DNA of 58,587 bases, the filler included, from Catajapyx aquilonaris (taxonomy: Eukaryota): assembly GCA_000934665.2 (NCBI GenBank). It is 4 parts of 4 records of this genome, joined end to end, with 100 filler letters (N's around TTAATTAATTAA, not from the genome) between each part and the next. Parts side by side here need not be neighbours in the genome. Positions count along the whole stretch, not along the records: positions 43,979 to 58,587 come from JYFJ02007768.1; 3 more parts are not named here. One strand, 5' to 3'. Position 1 is the first letter of the stretch. Each line of letters starts with the position of its first letter. Shown here in pieces: positions 45,046 to 57,880 of the stretch. Position numbers and translations under genes: made by a program. The notes beneath the pieces are model-generated. The model searched no databases and was not told the origin of the DNA. It worked only from the letters and a program-made list of their open reading frames with translations.

Positions 45046-45912
45046 CCGTCAATCGGGGTTACTTAGGCCGGGTGGGTAACTTAAGCCATTTTGCTGCGTA
45101 AATTTCGGATACTGATTTTGGCAACACTGTTTTGAGTGGAAATGTTATTTTTCATGACATAAGTTCCATATTTAAGTGCAGTTTTGGACTGCATATTTGA
45201 ATATTGTGTTTGTGTCAAAGGTAACTTTGTAAAATCTTAATTATGTTTAGGATAATTGCATCATAAATTTATACCCTACGTAACTTTCATCGCCAACATC
45301 TGTTTGAATTTAATTCGCTATAAAGATGATGAAACATAACCTGCAACAGTCCTTTTAAGGTAGTTATACTGCATAGCTTAAATTTCCATTTTGGTGTCAA
45401 TATATACATAAAAATTAATTGTTGCGTCATGTACGGGATAACATAGGCCACGGAGTTCCAAGCCTGGCAGGAAGTGGGGGGAATAGCTTCTGGGGGTCAA
45501 GAGCGTAGTTGCCTGTTGCCTAGTTGGGAGCATTGTTGATGATGAAATGTATGTTCACATATCAGAAATTGTTTGTTCTGTACAGCCGGTGAGCATAAAG
45601 AGAGGCCGCCATACTTTCCCTTATATGAACTGAAATTTTGCATAATAAATTTCTGGAGCAATATACAAATGTTTATTTTCGCCCTGTGAACGGCCTTTGT
45701 TACCGTGTCATCGCCTAACGTAAGCCAACTACTGAATTCTTCCTGCTGGCTTAAGTTTTTTTATCATACATGTTGTAAGAAACTTTCATCCATGTATACG
45801 TCGACCGTAACTGTAGACCCATGTTTTACAACAATTAGTTAATCTCTAAAGTCAATGCTCTTGAAAGATGTCTGAAATGTTGAAAAGTGGCTTAAGTAAC
45901 CCCGAGTGACGG
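45046..45912. mobile_element. pogo/Tc1-like non-autonomous element
   Basis: CCGTCAATCGGGGTTACTTAGGCC...GGCTTAAGTAACCCCGAGTGACGG, TA TSD. Confidence 0.75.
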
Positions 45913-45980
45913 TAGTATCACAGTACAACATTCTTGATGCATCTGGGCAATCGGATATGTTTTGAAACACCTGAGTCATA

Positions 45981-46818
45981 GGGGCCGTGCAGACGGGCCA
46001 AGCTTGGCCGCGGCCCTTAGATAAAAGAATTGCAGGTGTAATTAGCCAAAGAGGCCTTACCACCTGTGGGCAACAAACCAACAATGTCCGGCTCCCAGAT
46101 CCGTACAGTCTGGGGCCGGGGCATACGAAACGTTCCAAGTCAACATTGTCCCAAGGAAGAACCGGAGCCGAAGCCCCAGGCCCCCGGAACCAGCATTAGC
46201 CCAAGCCCCCCTGGGCCAGCGCCCAGGGGGACCAAACCTCCTACCCACGCACACCAACAGCCCAAGAAACAAGCACGAACAATATTACAGCCACTTACAG
46301 AAAACAAAGAAAAGAGAACCCTCTCAGACCCCACAACCGCCCCTCAACCGCAAAAAACAGACAACCCCCCCCCCCCCNATGGATCGAGGACAGGAACTTA
46401 TCAGCCGCCAGACAAAAACGGCTAAGTGACGCCCAGAAAAACTGAACCAGGTCTGCCAGTGCGCACGGCCAATCCAGCCCCCCCTTCACCATCACCTGCA
46501 ACAGAAGACGGTCGCGGGCCTCAACGATCTCATACAAATCGCAATCCCACAACAAGTGGGCCGGAGTCTGTTGGCCGCCTCCACATTCACATTCCCCAGA
46601 AAGGTCCCGCGACCGTCTCCGCCCCAGCAACCGGAACCTCGCAAAATACTCATTAAATGGGCCGTTGCCAGAAACAAATCGCGCCATGTGCCGCGGCCCT
46701 GACCAACTTCCAGGAAGTTGGCCCGTGGCCTGGCCGTGGCGTTGCTAGGGGGCCCCTAGGTGTGAACCGTCGCGGCCGCGGCCAGCCGCGGCTAAGCTTG
46801 GCCCGTCTGCACGGCCCC
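45981..46818. mobile_element. PIF/Harbinger-like MITE interrupted by a LINE fragment
   Basis: TIR GGGGCCGTGCAGACGGGCCAAGCTT, 3-bp TSD ATA. Confidence 0.8.
46018..46689 (-). mobile_element. 5'-truncated R1-like non-LTR retrotransposon (ORF2 C-terminus plus 3' UTR)
   Basis: SGNGPFNEYFARF...CECG..QTPAHLLWDC zinc-knuckle motif; 11-bp TSD GCCGCGGCCCT (46007, 46690). Confidence 0.85.
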
Positions 46819-47193
46819 ATAGTCTACTGTATATGACTAGTAAGCTCCCAACCACAGTTCGCCCTTGGTCACACTCGACACCATTGAAACGCATTGCAGC
46901 GAAAAATCCGACCAGGAGCAACACACATAGCGGCCCCGGGGCCGCCCCCGGGCCGCCCGCATACCACAGTTCGCCCCTGGCCCTGGTCAACTCGACACCA
47001 TTGCAATTCATTGCATTTGTGTGAGGACACGGCGGAAAATCCTACCTGGGGCAACGCACTTACAAAGATACCTAAGAATACTTAGGTCAGGTCACTCATT
47101 TTTATCGCCTGAATTTGGAAAAAAAAAACTCGGGCTGTGGGGGCTTGCAATGGAAAAGAAAACCTGGCCCTCAACAGGTTAATAACGTAGTAC

Positions 47194-47279
47194 CTGGCTA
47201 TATTATTGCGCCAAGTTTCATTCAGAAACTCCACGGACAACACGTCCACTTCCCTTGTGAGATCAAAAGAGCAAGACCA
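47194..47279 (-). CDS. Candidate upstream exon of the 44.7-kb gene (one base short of phase match)
   Basis: cctaacag| WSCSFDLTREVDVLSVEFLNETWRN... CAG|GTACTA; 86 nt. Confidence 0.35.
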
Positions 47280-47912
47280 CTGTTAGGGGGTGTAACACGA
47301 ATACTAGTACAGTGCAATTAGGGTTTGAGGTAGACAAAAAAAACAACAAGCTGAAACCTGTGGGAATATGTTCCCGAGACCTCCCTGATCACCCTCTAGA
47401 AAGTCCCAAGAAATCCCATTACAGGAAATCCGCCATTTTGAAAAACCAATCGGCCATCTTGGAAATTCGCCGGACCTTTTTGGATCGGCCACAGCGGCCA
47501 CGGTAATGAACTTAGGAGGTAAATTCCTTCACCAAAATCTTCGAAATGCTTCAATCTGTAAAGCAAACAGCAACATAACACGCCCGTTGCTACCAGCTGG
47601 GTACGGGAGGCACGGATATACGAAGTTGGTCCGTGATTTCAGATGTAAATGTCTGTTTTTGCTAATTTGTGCCTTTCCTTAACACTTTCAGACAAATACA
47701 CCCAAACAAAGGTTGTAGAGCGTAAAATGCTCTATCGATATCATGTGTTACATTGGACATGTACCTTCATCTGCTCCGCGAGTAGGCACAAGAATGCAAC
47801 CCCACCAGGTCGGTGTACGCTACTGATGCCGTAGTCTTTTTGACTGGGATGGCCCTGCGCCGTTGAAGTTGCTTTCTTCATCATCATGAATGTCATCTTT
47901 GTCTGTGTTTAA

Positions 47913-48450
47913 CCCTTTGATGCCTACGGACATCAGATGATGTCCGAGCTTACATTGCTGGAGGGCCTACGGACATCATATGATGTCTTGAGATTTGCCC
48001 TGTCAACTTGGGTCATTTTTCAACTCAAAAAATTCCAACCTCACCGATTTTCTTGAAATTCGGTCCATTGGTAGCCCACCCCAAGGGATGAAAAACGCAG
48101 CCATAGTGACCTGATCAAAATGACACTGTGACCCATATTGGAGGGGGGCAGAGATCAAATCAAAAAATTTTGACCTCATCGATTTTCTTCAAATTCGGTG
48201 CATTGGTAGCCCACATCAAGGGATGAAAAACGCACATGTAGTTACCTGATCAAAATGACCTCGTGACCCAATTTTGAGGGGGGCAGAGGTCAAATCATAA
48301 AATTTCGCCCTCGCCGATTTTCTTCAAATTCGGTGCATTGGTAGCCCACATCAAGGGATGAAAAACGCACATGTAGTTACCTGATCAAAATGACCTCGTG
48401 ACCCATATTTGAGGGGGACATATGTCAATGCACCGAATTTCAAGAAAATT
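47913..48450 (+). mobile_element. piggyBac-like element end with 135-bp tandem repeats
   Basis: TTAA|CCCTTTGATG terminus; GATTTTCTT.AAATTCGGT recurs at 48046, 48181, 48316. Confidence 0.7.
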
Positions 48451-48527
48451 TGTGACTGGCACTTGCAAAGTCTCCCTTGTCATTCACAAAGGCGAGTAGT
48501 CCGTGTACGCAAAAAATGTAAGTGGGT

Positions 48528-48734
48528 GGCCCAACATGGCCGGCGGCGGCCATGTTGGGCCAGCATGTAGCCACCCTTTCGTACCTATAAAGTTCAGCCG
48601 TAGTCCGGTAGGGTCGCCACATAAATGCTCTGGGAAATGTCTCGTGGCGGTCTCAAGTGAGCACCCGGTGCGTAATCCCTCGGCAGGGGGTGGGTGGGGA
48701 GTGACCTAACCTGAGTCTTCTACAGCCATGGCCG
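48528..48734. repeat. Dispersed about 200-bp repeat, inverted copy at 58382-58587
   Basis: Near-identical reverse complement including the GGCCCAACATGGCCG/CGGCCATGTTGGGCC hairpin. Confidence 0.85.
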
Positions 48735-48871
48735 GATAGCTGTGATCACCTCCCCAAAAGTTTGTGGTGTAACAAGCTACGTTGGCTACCCCCCCCCCAA
48801 AAAAAAAACTACTTCGGGCGATATTAGTGATAACTAAAACGAACCATGAACCTGGAACACCATGTATTATA

Positions 48872-49431
48872 CAGGGTGTAAATGAATTCAACCGACAAAC
48901 TTCTAGGGCTGATAGAGGGGACCAAGACAAACATTTGACATAGGAAACCATGTCCGGAAACGCCATCTAGAGGGGGTTCATAGACAAGGAACGGGTGCAC
49001 TCAGACGCGTCACGCCTGAGGCGCTAGGCGAGCGGACTGTTTTGTTGATAGATGGCGCTCGGATAGTAACCAACGATGCGATGTGCCATAACGTGGCAAC
49101 AACAGAGTCATCTAGCAACTAAAGTCCGCCTCCTAGGAGACGCGCGGATAGTCACCAGCGGTTCTGTTGTCGCCAGGTTATGGCGTATCGTGTTGTTGTT
49201 TACTTACAACGACGCGCTACGCCATAACCTGGCAACAACTGCGCGCCATCTATCAACAAAACAGTCCGCTCGACTTGCGCCTCTCGCGTGACGCGTCTGA
49301 GCGCACCCGTTCCTCGTCTATGAACCCCCTCTAGATGGCGTTTCCGGACACGGTTTCCTATGTCAACAATGTTTGTCTTGGTCCCCTCTATCACCCCTAG
49401 AAGTTTGTCGGTTGAATTCATTTACACCCTG
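48872..49431. mobile_element. Tc1/mariner fold-back MITE
   Basis: CAGGGTGTAAATGAATTCAACCGAC TIRs extending about 180 bp, TA TSD. Confidence 0.9.
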
Positions 49432-49435
49432 TATA

Positions 49436-52400
49436 CAGGGTGGACCAACTTCAAGTGTCGCTTTATAACGGCTATTAATAGAAGCGCTTTACGATTGACG
49501 TAGCAGCGACGTGTAAAATGACCCACTTCGGCGCCATCGAAAATATTAGCTGCCAACAGCAGCACACATGTAATGAACCCTGTGCAGGTGTTGGCGTTGG
49601 CTTTTCAACCAACGTTAACTGTCGTGTAGGTTCAAATAATTGAGGGTAAGGCTGTATTAAAAATGAATTTAATGTGATGTATATTTACACTGGTTCTCAA
49701 ATAGTTACAATACACTGTTCTCTAAGTTATGGTTGTTTCCAAAGTTCACAAGTTAATGCCAATTAACAATTACGTTGTCTCAGCAAAGGCCTGGCCAATG
49801 CCAGCCTCACGGGTTAAATCTGAGCAGCTACATTCCCAATCGTGAGCCCTAGCCCGCGCCGAGGAACTCTCTTATCCTGTGCAGAAGTTACTCTTATATA
49901 CCTGGCTGTGCATGACAATATGAGGAAACCCTCCTATTGCACAAGCAAAGTCAGCATGTTTTTGCCCAATGTGGCAAGACTAATACTCGTGTGGCTCATC
50001 AAGATATGGATTGCCAAATCCACTTGTAACATACCCCCCACCTATGCTAAAAGTTATTCTTGCGACCAAGAATAAGTTTTAGCTTAACCCAAAATGCCTA
50101 TTACTGTTGAGACAACATTTCGAACCCAACCAAAATAGTTTTACAATATTTCTTTTTCGTCTTCGTCTTTGGTCTTCTTTTGACTTCTTTTGACTTCTTT
50201 TGACTTCGTTCCAGCCTCGCTATCTGGTCTGATTTCTTGTATCGTCCGTTCTCTTCGTCAGTGGTGTCCAGGTGGTTAACGTGGGGACCAGCTGTACCCC
50301 GACGATCCTCTTATACTGCGTCGTTTTAGGCATTGTCGCTAAAAGTACAACATATATACTGATACAATTCATAACTGTAACACACTGAACGAACCCTATT
50401 ATGGCCTAGGTATTCAAAGGACGAGTAGTGCACAACCAACAATACCCCTAATCAGGGAATTACTCCTTACGGTACTCGAGGGTGTCGTGAACTCGTCTAC
50501 TCTTCAGCAGCTGCGGTCCTGATGTTCTCCGCCCACAATTGATGTAACCGTCCTGGAAGGAGGGATCTGCTTGTTGCACCTGTTGTCCGATTGAGTGTGA
50601 GGTTCCAATTTGGCGTCGGGTCCAATAGCCAGTCCGGATTCCTGAAGTTAAGGCCCAGAAGCCGCGTCCATGTCTGGTCCTGGTCCTTCTCCAGCTCTAT
50701 GTGGATACCTTCACTGTTGATGCTTAGGGAGGTCCAACGTCGGACTCTTCTCCATAGGACTAGGTGTATATCCACCGCCGTGTCCGTGCTGTTATGGTCA
50801 CCCTCTCCTGGTCAATGTGGATCTCTAAGTTGGTCGGGCTGGTACAGAAGACTTCTAATACCAGGACCCGGCCGAACTGTCTCCAACTAATGGTGTGAGA
50901 GCTGCCCATCTTGTGACCGTCGATGTTCCTCTGTGGTCCCTTTTGTGCAGATCTTTTGCTGAGGTGTGCCCTCGAGTCTCGCATAATGATTACAAAAATT
51001 TTAAACTGTTTGCACTACTGGTCGTTTGATTACCTTTACAACATGCCTCTTCGCAATTTCACATTGCGCTATGGTCCTTTTGCTTACTGACTAATCCCTT
51101 GTCAGCTACTATTCCTTATATTCACCATATATATATGCTGACGATGACCCTGTCATCATTTCTAATGCTAAGTCAGCTATTAATACCTAGTATTACATAT
51201 ACAACACTTCTTCAATTAACCATTGTGCCCCGCACATTTGGCAATACCTTTACATGCCTTAATTACCCATTAGGCCTTAGCCTTTGTTCATCCCATGAAC
51301 TTAACGCTAACAATCACGTTGATTAATCATATACCCTTTTCAGTCCCTGACCAAAAAATTTTAATTACCCCGTTACACTTGAGCTCGTTAACACATGTAC
51401 TCTTTCTGTTCTTGTCCCCTTTTGCATTTCCACCTCTTTGTGTACTTTATCTTTAGGATCCTTTGAACTGAGGGTTCCAAACCCGGGACAATTCTTACTC
51501 TACATCTCTCCCTCGGCCATTTTCAAAACTATCGGCCAATAAAGTCTAACTGACAACTTCGTGACGTCTCACGGTTTTCTCTCTGTGTGATTTCCTTTTC
51601 ACTAGGCCTACACTATCTGTATGTTTCCCTGAAACAAAGTCTCAACCTCCATTCTTGGTTGGACTAGACCGCCTACCCTGACTTGGTAGCTGTCTATTTC
51701 ACTCTGAGGTCGTCCCTCACTTCCTCGTCTTGTGCTTTTCTCTATGCACATTCCTACGTAGGACTCCTTTTCACGTTTCTGTGACCTTTTCCAGGTTTTT
51801 CTTACGATTGGTTAACCTTGAGGTATCCCTGACACCTCCTACTTGGAGATGCTGCGTGTCCTTTGACACCAGCTGGAAATATCTCCAAAGACACGATTTA
51901 CTTTTCCGACTCTTCTGGGCGTGCTCATTGCTTCTATGCTCGCTATCCCATCTCTGGTCATGCGCGTGCCTAATGACCCAAACTATGCGCGCGTGCCGTA
52001 CGTGTCGTTATCTCTTGACGCTCTCGCTTCGCGTCTTTTACTTTGCTGGATCCAGTGGCCATTCCTGTTACGCTTAATTTCCTCCCCCTTACTTGCTTTA
52101 AACAATTACATGTTAGGCGGTTCTTTCACTTTACGCAAAATTACGAAACTCGACTATCCTTTCTTCCAGGTATCCTTGCAGCTATGCTTCGCTTGCTCAA
52201 CCTCTCGGAGTTACAGGGGTCTTACTCATTGCCCAATTAACCAATTCACGTCAACTGGCTAATTCTCCTTCCAACTTCCGTTATGGATTATTTTCCGACT
52301 GTTCGTCTTACAGAGTTTCTTTTTGCTTACTATGCGGCTTCGCTCATTTCTATTGTCAACTGAATTAATATCCGGGATTAGTCACTGATACCCTGCGGAC

Positions 52401-53896
52401 GAGGACCAGGTGCACTGCTGGTTCCCTCCAACAATATCTCAGTGAGCAATCACGCTCAATTACTTTTTACCACTTAAATTTCGCTATACTTGTTACGATG
52501 TCTTTCTCAAAAATGTTTACGTTAATTCTGCCGCCTTTCGTTACTTTCTCTACTGGCAAATCAAAAAATTGGGGAATCTTCTGCACTCACGCTACGTTGT
52601 TGGCTTGCTTCTGCCTGCTTGGTTTTTCCATCCTGTTGTAGCTGTGATGCCTGTTTCTGACAACAAACAATGCTTCATTAGTTATCAGCATGCCACTCAT
52701 ACTCACCTTCACGGTTTAACGTCCAGCTGTTTCTTTCAAGTGCGCGACTAATCCTCTGCGTGCACGTTCCTTGAGCAGAGCACCGACCTCTTGGCTTGAC
52801 GCCAATTGTTGTCACTGTGCTCGATATTTTCTCTTCTTCACAGTGCAATCCGAAGTGTTTGCTCAAGCACTCCCTCGTCTCCTTCGGACAGAATGCACTT
52901 GACTCTTCCATTTTTTAACTCCCTTAATTTGTGTAGCGCTCGCAAAATTTTCTAAAATGAAACAACAAAACAAAACAATAGATAAAAACTTTTATACGAA
53001 CCTGGGTTGTCCTCTTCTTGTGTCTGCTTCTTCCTGACAGGTGGTACTCGATGTGAAGTGAAGACTTCTGGGCGGGATCCTGCACGGTTCCCAGAGATAC
53101 CTGGTTGCTTCGCGAACCTTTTACCCGTCCCTGGACACAAGTTTTGACCCCCGATTGGTTCCCAATCAGCCCCCCAAAAATTTTTATCTCAGGCTGCGCC
53201 AAATGTTGGCGTTGGCTTTTCAACCAACGTTAACTGTCGTGTAGGTTCAAATAATTGAGGGTAAGGCTGTATTAAAAATGAATTTAATGTGATGTATGTT
53301 TACACTGGTTCTCAAATAGTTACAATACACTGTTCTCTAAGTTATGGTTGTTTCCAAAGTTCACAAGTTAATGCCAATTAACAATTACGTTGTCTCAGCA
53401 AAGGCCTTGCCAATGCCAGCCTCACGGGTTAAATCTGAGCAGCTACATTCCCAATCGTGAGCCCTAGCCCGCGCCCAAGAACTCTCTTATCCTGTGCAGA
53501 AGTTACTCTTATATACCTGGCTGTGCATGACAATATGAGGAAACCCTCCTATTGCACAAGCAAAGTCAGCATGTTTTTGCCCAATGTGGCAAGACTAATA
53601 CTCGTGTGGCTCATCAAGATATGGATTGCCAAATCCACTTGTAACACAGGCTTCCCCCTTGCATTACAGGTCCATCTGGTGCCTTGGGCGTCACCCAGGC
53701 GCATCTCAGGTCATGTGTGCACCTACTTTTTTCCAGGTCAACCCAGCAGCAGGGTTGATTACACGTGAGCTGCTATTGGGAGCTAATATTTGCGATGGCG
53801 CCGAAGTGGGACATTTTACACGTCGCTGCTACGTCATCGCAAAATCACTGCTATTAATCGCCGTTATAAAACGACACTTGAAGTTAGTCCACCCTG
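49436..53896. mobile_element. Tc1/mariner MITE split by the LTR element
   Basis: CAGGGTGGACCAACTTCAAG...CTTGAAGTTAGTCCACCCTG, TA TSD; uninterrupted relative at 56903-57316. Confidence 0.88.
49589..53646 (-). mobile_element. Non-autonomous LTR retrotransposon (Gypsy-like cis signals)
   Basis: 443-bp TG...CA LTRs at 49589-50031 and 53204-53646 with 4 mismatches by eye, 4-bp TSD CAGG, PBS TGGCGCAGCC, PPT GGTGGGGGGTA, no long internal ORF. Confidence 0.93.
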
Positions 53897-53978
53897 TATA
53901 TTATTATTAAAATATAATATAATAATAATATTATAATATAATTATAATTATATTATTATTAAGTATTATATGCATATA

Positions 53979-54620
53979 CAGTGATACAAGTTCGTGGGTA
54001 GTTTTTTTTCATTGCCCCACTTAGGGAGCTACATATTCCTTGGGGGGGGGGGNGGGTGGATTACCACCATCGGGATTTGTTGGGGCGTGTTAAGAAGGAT
54101 CTTATTAGTTTACTCCAAGGGTAGGTGGGAGGGGATGTGCAAAGTGCATGTGCGCTGTCGTTGAGTGGTCATTTTGTGAACTCCCCCGGGTGAATTAGTC
54201 TTTAGGAAATTTCCACCCGAAATGAAGCCAGAGATGGCCCAACTCTGCACGGATAAAGGTGGGAACCCCGGGTGGGTATCGAACCCGGGACCTTCATGTC
54301 CGTGGGCGCGCGCGTTACCGCGGCGCCACTTCATCTCCCCGGTAGTTTTTATTTATCACTAATATCGACTGAAAGAGTTATTTTTGGAGCTTGTTGCGCC
54401 CCAATCCTGTTGCCCCAAATTTACCTCCAGGTATGATAAACATCTGGGGACAGGTGATCCTTACGGGTATTTTAGCAACAGCATGCTATTTAAGTAACTG
54501 TTATTTTCGCTCTCCGATGAGGGACCATCTGGGACGAGAGGCGCAACAAGCTACAAAAAAAAACTACTTCGGGCAATATCGGTTATAAGTAAAAACGACC
54601 CACGAACTTGGAACACCCTG
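53979..54620. mobile_element. Tc1/mariner-like MITE containing SINE family B copy 3
   Basis: Imperfect TIR CAGTGATACAAGTTCGTGGGT / ACCCACGAACTTGGAACACCCTG, TA flanks. Confidence 0.6.
54007..54340 (-). mobile_element. tRNA-derived SINE family B, copy 3
   Basis: Reverse complement of 26560-26900 family; TSD GGTAGTTTTT (53997, 54341). Confidence 0.85.
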
Positions 54621-56902
54621 TATATGCAGCAGACCGGCATAGAAAAGTGGTTGGATGCTGTATCACCCTCCATCTGAAGGGGCAGGTAGCGCCTCGGCAC
54701 CCGTAAAACGCGTCGAAGGCGCCGAATTCTATCTACATGACATACAAGCCGAACAGTCGTCACCGCGTCGGCCATTTCTCATGTGTTGGGGTGAGTTAGA
54801 CACACCCCGAGGTGTCTCTAACCTCACTTCTATTAACTACTCAGTTCCATGTTTACTAGTGCCTAATCAGAAGCACGAAAATTCCGTCCGTCCTAAGATA
54901 ATAGTCAGAACCTATAAACAGTGACTAATAGTGGCTAACAAAAAGACGAAAATTAGGTCCCATGTTTCTCTACAACCTTTGTTTGGCACACATCCGCTTG
55001 AGAAGCATAGTTCGCTCAGAAAAAGACTCTTCACTCGCTTCAAGGTAGCCTACATGCAATTACGGGCATCCGGGGACAAAACGGGCGTAGCGCCATATCT
55101 GAATTTGAAGAGTATGGTCTCAGTACTCCCACAGTCTCAGGGGCATTTGTACCAAATTTCATGCTCTCCTCACCAAATTCACAGTTTAGTCCCTTAACGT
55201 CCGGACTACGGGGCACGATAGCACAAAGCACGGGGCACACTGGTACAGTAATATAAGGCTAAGGTAGGGCTTATGAAATCATATGAAAATCACTTCCACA
55301 CTCATTATCGATTCATATCCGTATAATTACAAGATATTACAACTTGATGTTACAATGCTATTCAGAACTTTTTGCCTGCAGGATAACATAGCGTGTCTTC
55401 CAGCTAAGAAGCACGTAGCCGGCACCTGGGGAAAGTGCATCAAATGAAAGTAATGGGAGAGGCAGTAGACGCTGCCATGGTCTGCCATAGTCGCTATGTT
55501 ATCCATGGTCTGCCAAGGTTGGTAGGGACATCCGGACATGTGCCAACGTGCCCCAGCCAAAATGTGCCATCATGCCACGTAGGCTTTTTTTTTAACCTTT
55601 CGAGTCTTCCTACTCTTGAGTTACAAAATATTATGGCCATATGATGGCCATTTATGCTGTCATTTTGTAGGCAGATATTCTGCCTTGCAAACGCATTATT
55701 AGGCTGGGTAATCGAGCACTTCCGTTGAAAGAAAAAAGACAAACTAATGAAAATGGGAAATTGACTCAAATGGCCAAAAACCGAAAAAAATCGGTACTCC
55801 CGCCGACAGTCTTTTGCGATTGAATTGAAAACAGGATGTAATGTGGAGCATGTCTATCTGCATCTACCACATAAGCATCAGGTCCGTGAACCTAATAGCC
55901 TCTTCACAAGTTTCACTGTGCCATCGTGCCCATGTAGCCATCGTGCCCATGTAGCCATCGTGCCCCGTCTCCCCTATTACATCAGGAGTAAAAATACGCT
56001 AGACGGAATTTCCGTCGCCGAATGATTTTGCAAATGTTTTTCAGGCGGAATTTCCGTCGACCGTGCTGCCACCTTGCTTCCCTTTCAGCTACCAATCCCA
56101 ATCCATGCCAGAAAAGCCGCTTTTTCCGTCGGTAGTGGGGCATCCCCTGACGGAATCAATGTATTGCAATAGGATTATTGTCCCCGACAGAATCTGCGGC
56201 CGATTTTTCCCGCCGTGTTTTCGGCTGGTGCTCGACGGAAGGACGGAAAATCCGTCGTATTTGTCACATCCCGATCGAATCCCGTTTACTTCCACGTGTT
56301 TTTTGAGCGGAATGCGACGGTAATTCCGTCTAGTGTGGCAGGGGCCTTATGAAAGTATGCTGGGACCGTTCTTTCGCGTATGTTATAACCGAAGGTCTGT
56401 TATATCCGAAATCAACAGTATTAACAAAAAACACTGTCCAACTAGTGTGAAAATCAAATCTCAAAATTCAAGAGTTGGCCAGGCCAGTCTAGTTGCATTT
56501 TTGGGTGCATAAGAAACCTCGTGTTAATGGCGGAACTACACGAGTATCATACCATCAGGAAATTTTAATCACTCTTCGGTCATTTTTCATAACTCATTTT
56601 GGGGTCGCCTCCTTTACCGGCAAAAACTTTTACCGCCAACACACATTTTCCTTTAACACCAGAGCCCTCACCGCCAAACTGGACAGGGCTCCAAAACCGG
56701 TTATTTTAGTGAGGTGCCAACTGCCGCGCCGGTAGACATCAGGACTTTGAGCGTATTCAGATAGCTGTAACTGCTTGCGGATATAGCGGTTATATAAGGG
56801 GTTATTTTCGGCCCCAAGCTGTAATTGGTCCGCCATTTTGGGTCTGGATCTAGCAGGCTAATTATCTATATTAATATATATTAATTATATATATATAATA
56901 TA

Positions 56903-57316
56903 CAGGGTGGACCAACTTCAAGGGTCGTTTTATAACGGCTATTAATAAAAGCGCTTTACGATTGACGTAGCAGCGACGTGTAAAATGACCCACTTCGGCG
57001 CCATCGAAAATATTAGCTGCCAATATTAGCGTACATGTAATGAACCTGCTGCAACGAGTGCAACCACATGCGGCACCAATGCCAATCTGGTGCCTTGAGC
57101 GTCACCCATTTCACCCAGGCGCATCTCAGGTCATGTGTGCACCTCCTTTTTTCCAGGTCAACCCAGCAGCAGGGTTGATTACATGTGTGCTGCTATTGGG
57201 AGCTAATATTTGCGATGGCGCCGAAGTGGGACATTTTACACGTCGCTGCTACGTCATCGCAAAATCACTGCTATTAATCGCCCTCATAAAACGACACTTG
57301 AAGTTGGTAAAACCTG
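56903..57316. mobile_element. Tc1/mariner MITE, uninterrupted relative of 49436-53896
   Basis: Same TIRs and body; inserted in (TA)-rich tract. Confidence 0.88.
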
Positions 57317-57437
57317 TATATATATAATATATATATAAATATATTAGATATTAATATTTATAATTAATCTATATTAAGGCTAATAATAGCTCACAGTAAC
57401 ACCTTACGACTTACTTGGCGGCGTCTCATGGCTACGT

Positions 57438-57880
57438 CAGGGAGCATATACTACATAAGAGGCGCAAACATTCGATTTTTTTCGTCTCTCTGTTTATGGC
57501 GTTGTCAAGGCTGGCGGCCATCTTGACGTGTGTGGTATGTCAACGAGGTGTAAATAGGGTACAGGCAGGCCGTCAAGGTCCGCGGGGTCCACCATCTTTG
57601 ATGGTTTGGGCTGCCATGGCAATACACGGCAACAACAATTTACTTACCCATTTTCCAATATCGAATTCTAATTCGCGCGTGTTATTGCCGTGTATTGCCA
57701 TGGCTGCCAAAACCATCAAAGATGGCGGACCTTATTTTTGCCTGTACCCTATTTATACCTCGTTGGCATCATACACAGGTCAAGATGGCCGCCGGCCTTA
57801 GTAACGCCCTATAAACAGAGAGACGCTAACAACAATGGCCTGACAGAAGTTTGCGCCTCTTATGTAGTATATGCTCCCTG
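57438..57880. mobile_element. P-element-like fold-back MITE
   Basis: 31-bp TIR CAGGGAGCATATACTACATAAGAGGCGCAAAC, 7-bp TSD GCTACGT, internal inverted arms 57555-57757. Confidence 0.75.

Noticed and set aside
44723..45052. Poly-histidine protein in the ORF track
   Set aside because: The His run is an intronic (CAT)n microsatellite upstream of the splice acceptor at 44963.
50410..50780. env gene in the LTR element (CWLC motif, ORF 50497-50775)
   Set aside because: Motif and ORF are in short stop-interrupted frames with no signal peptide or TM segment.
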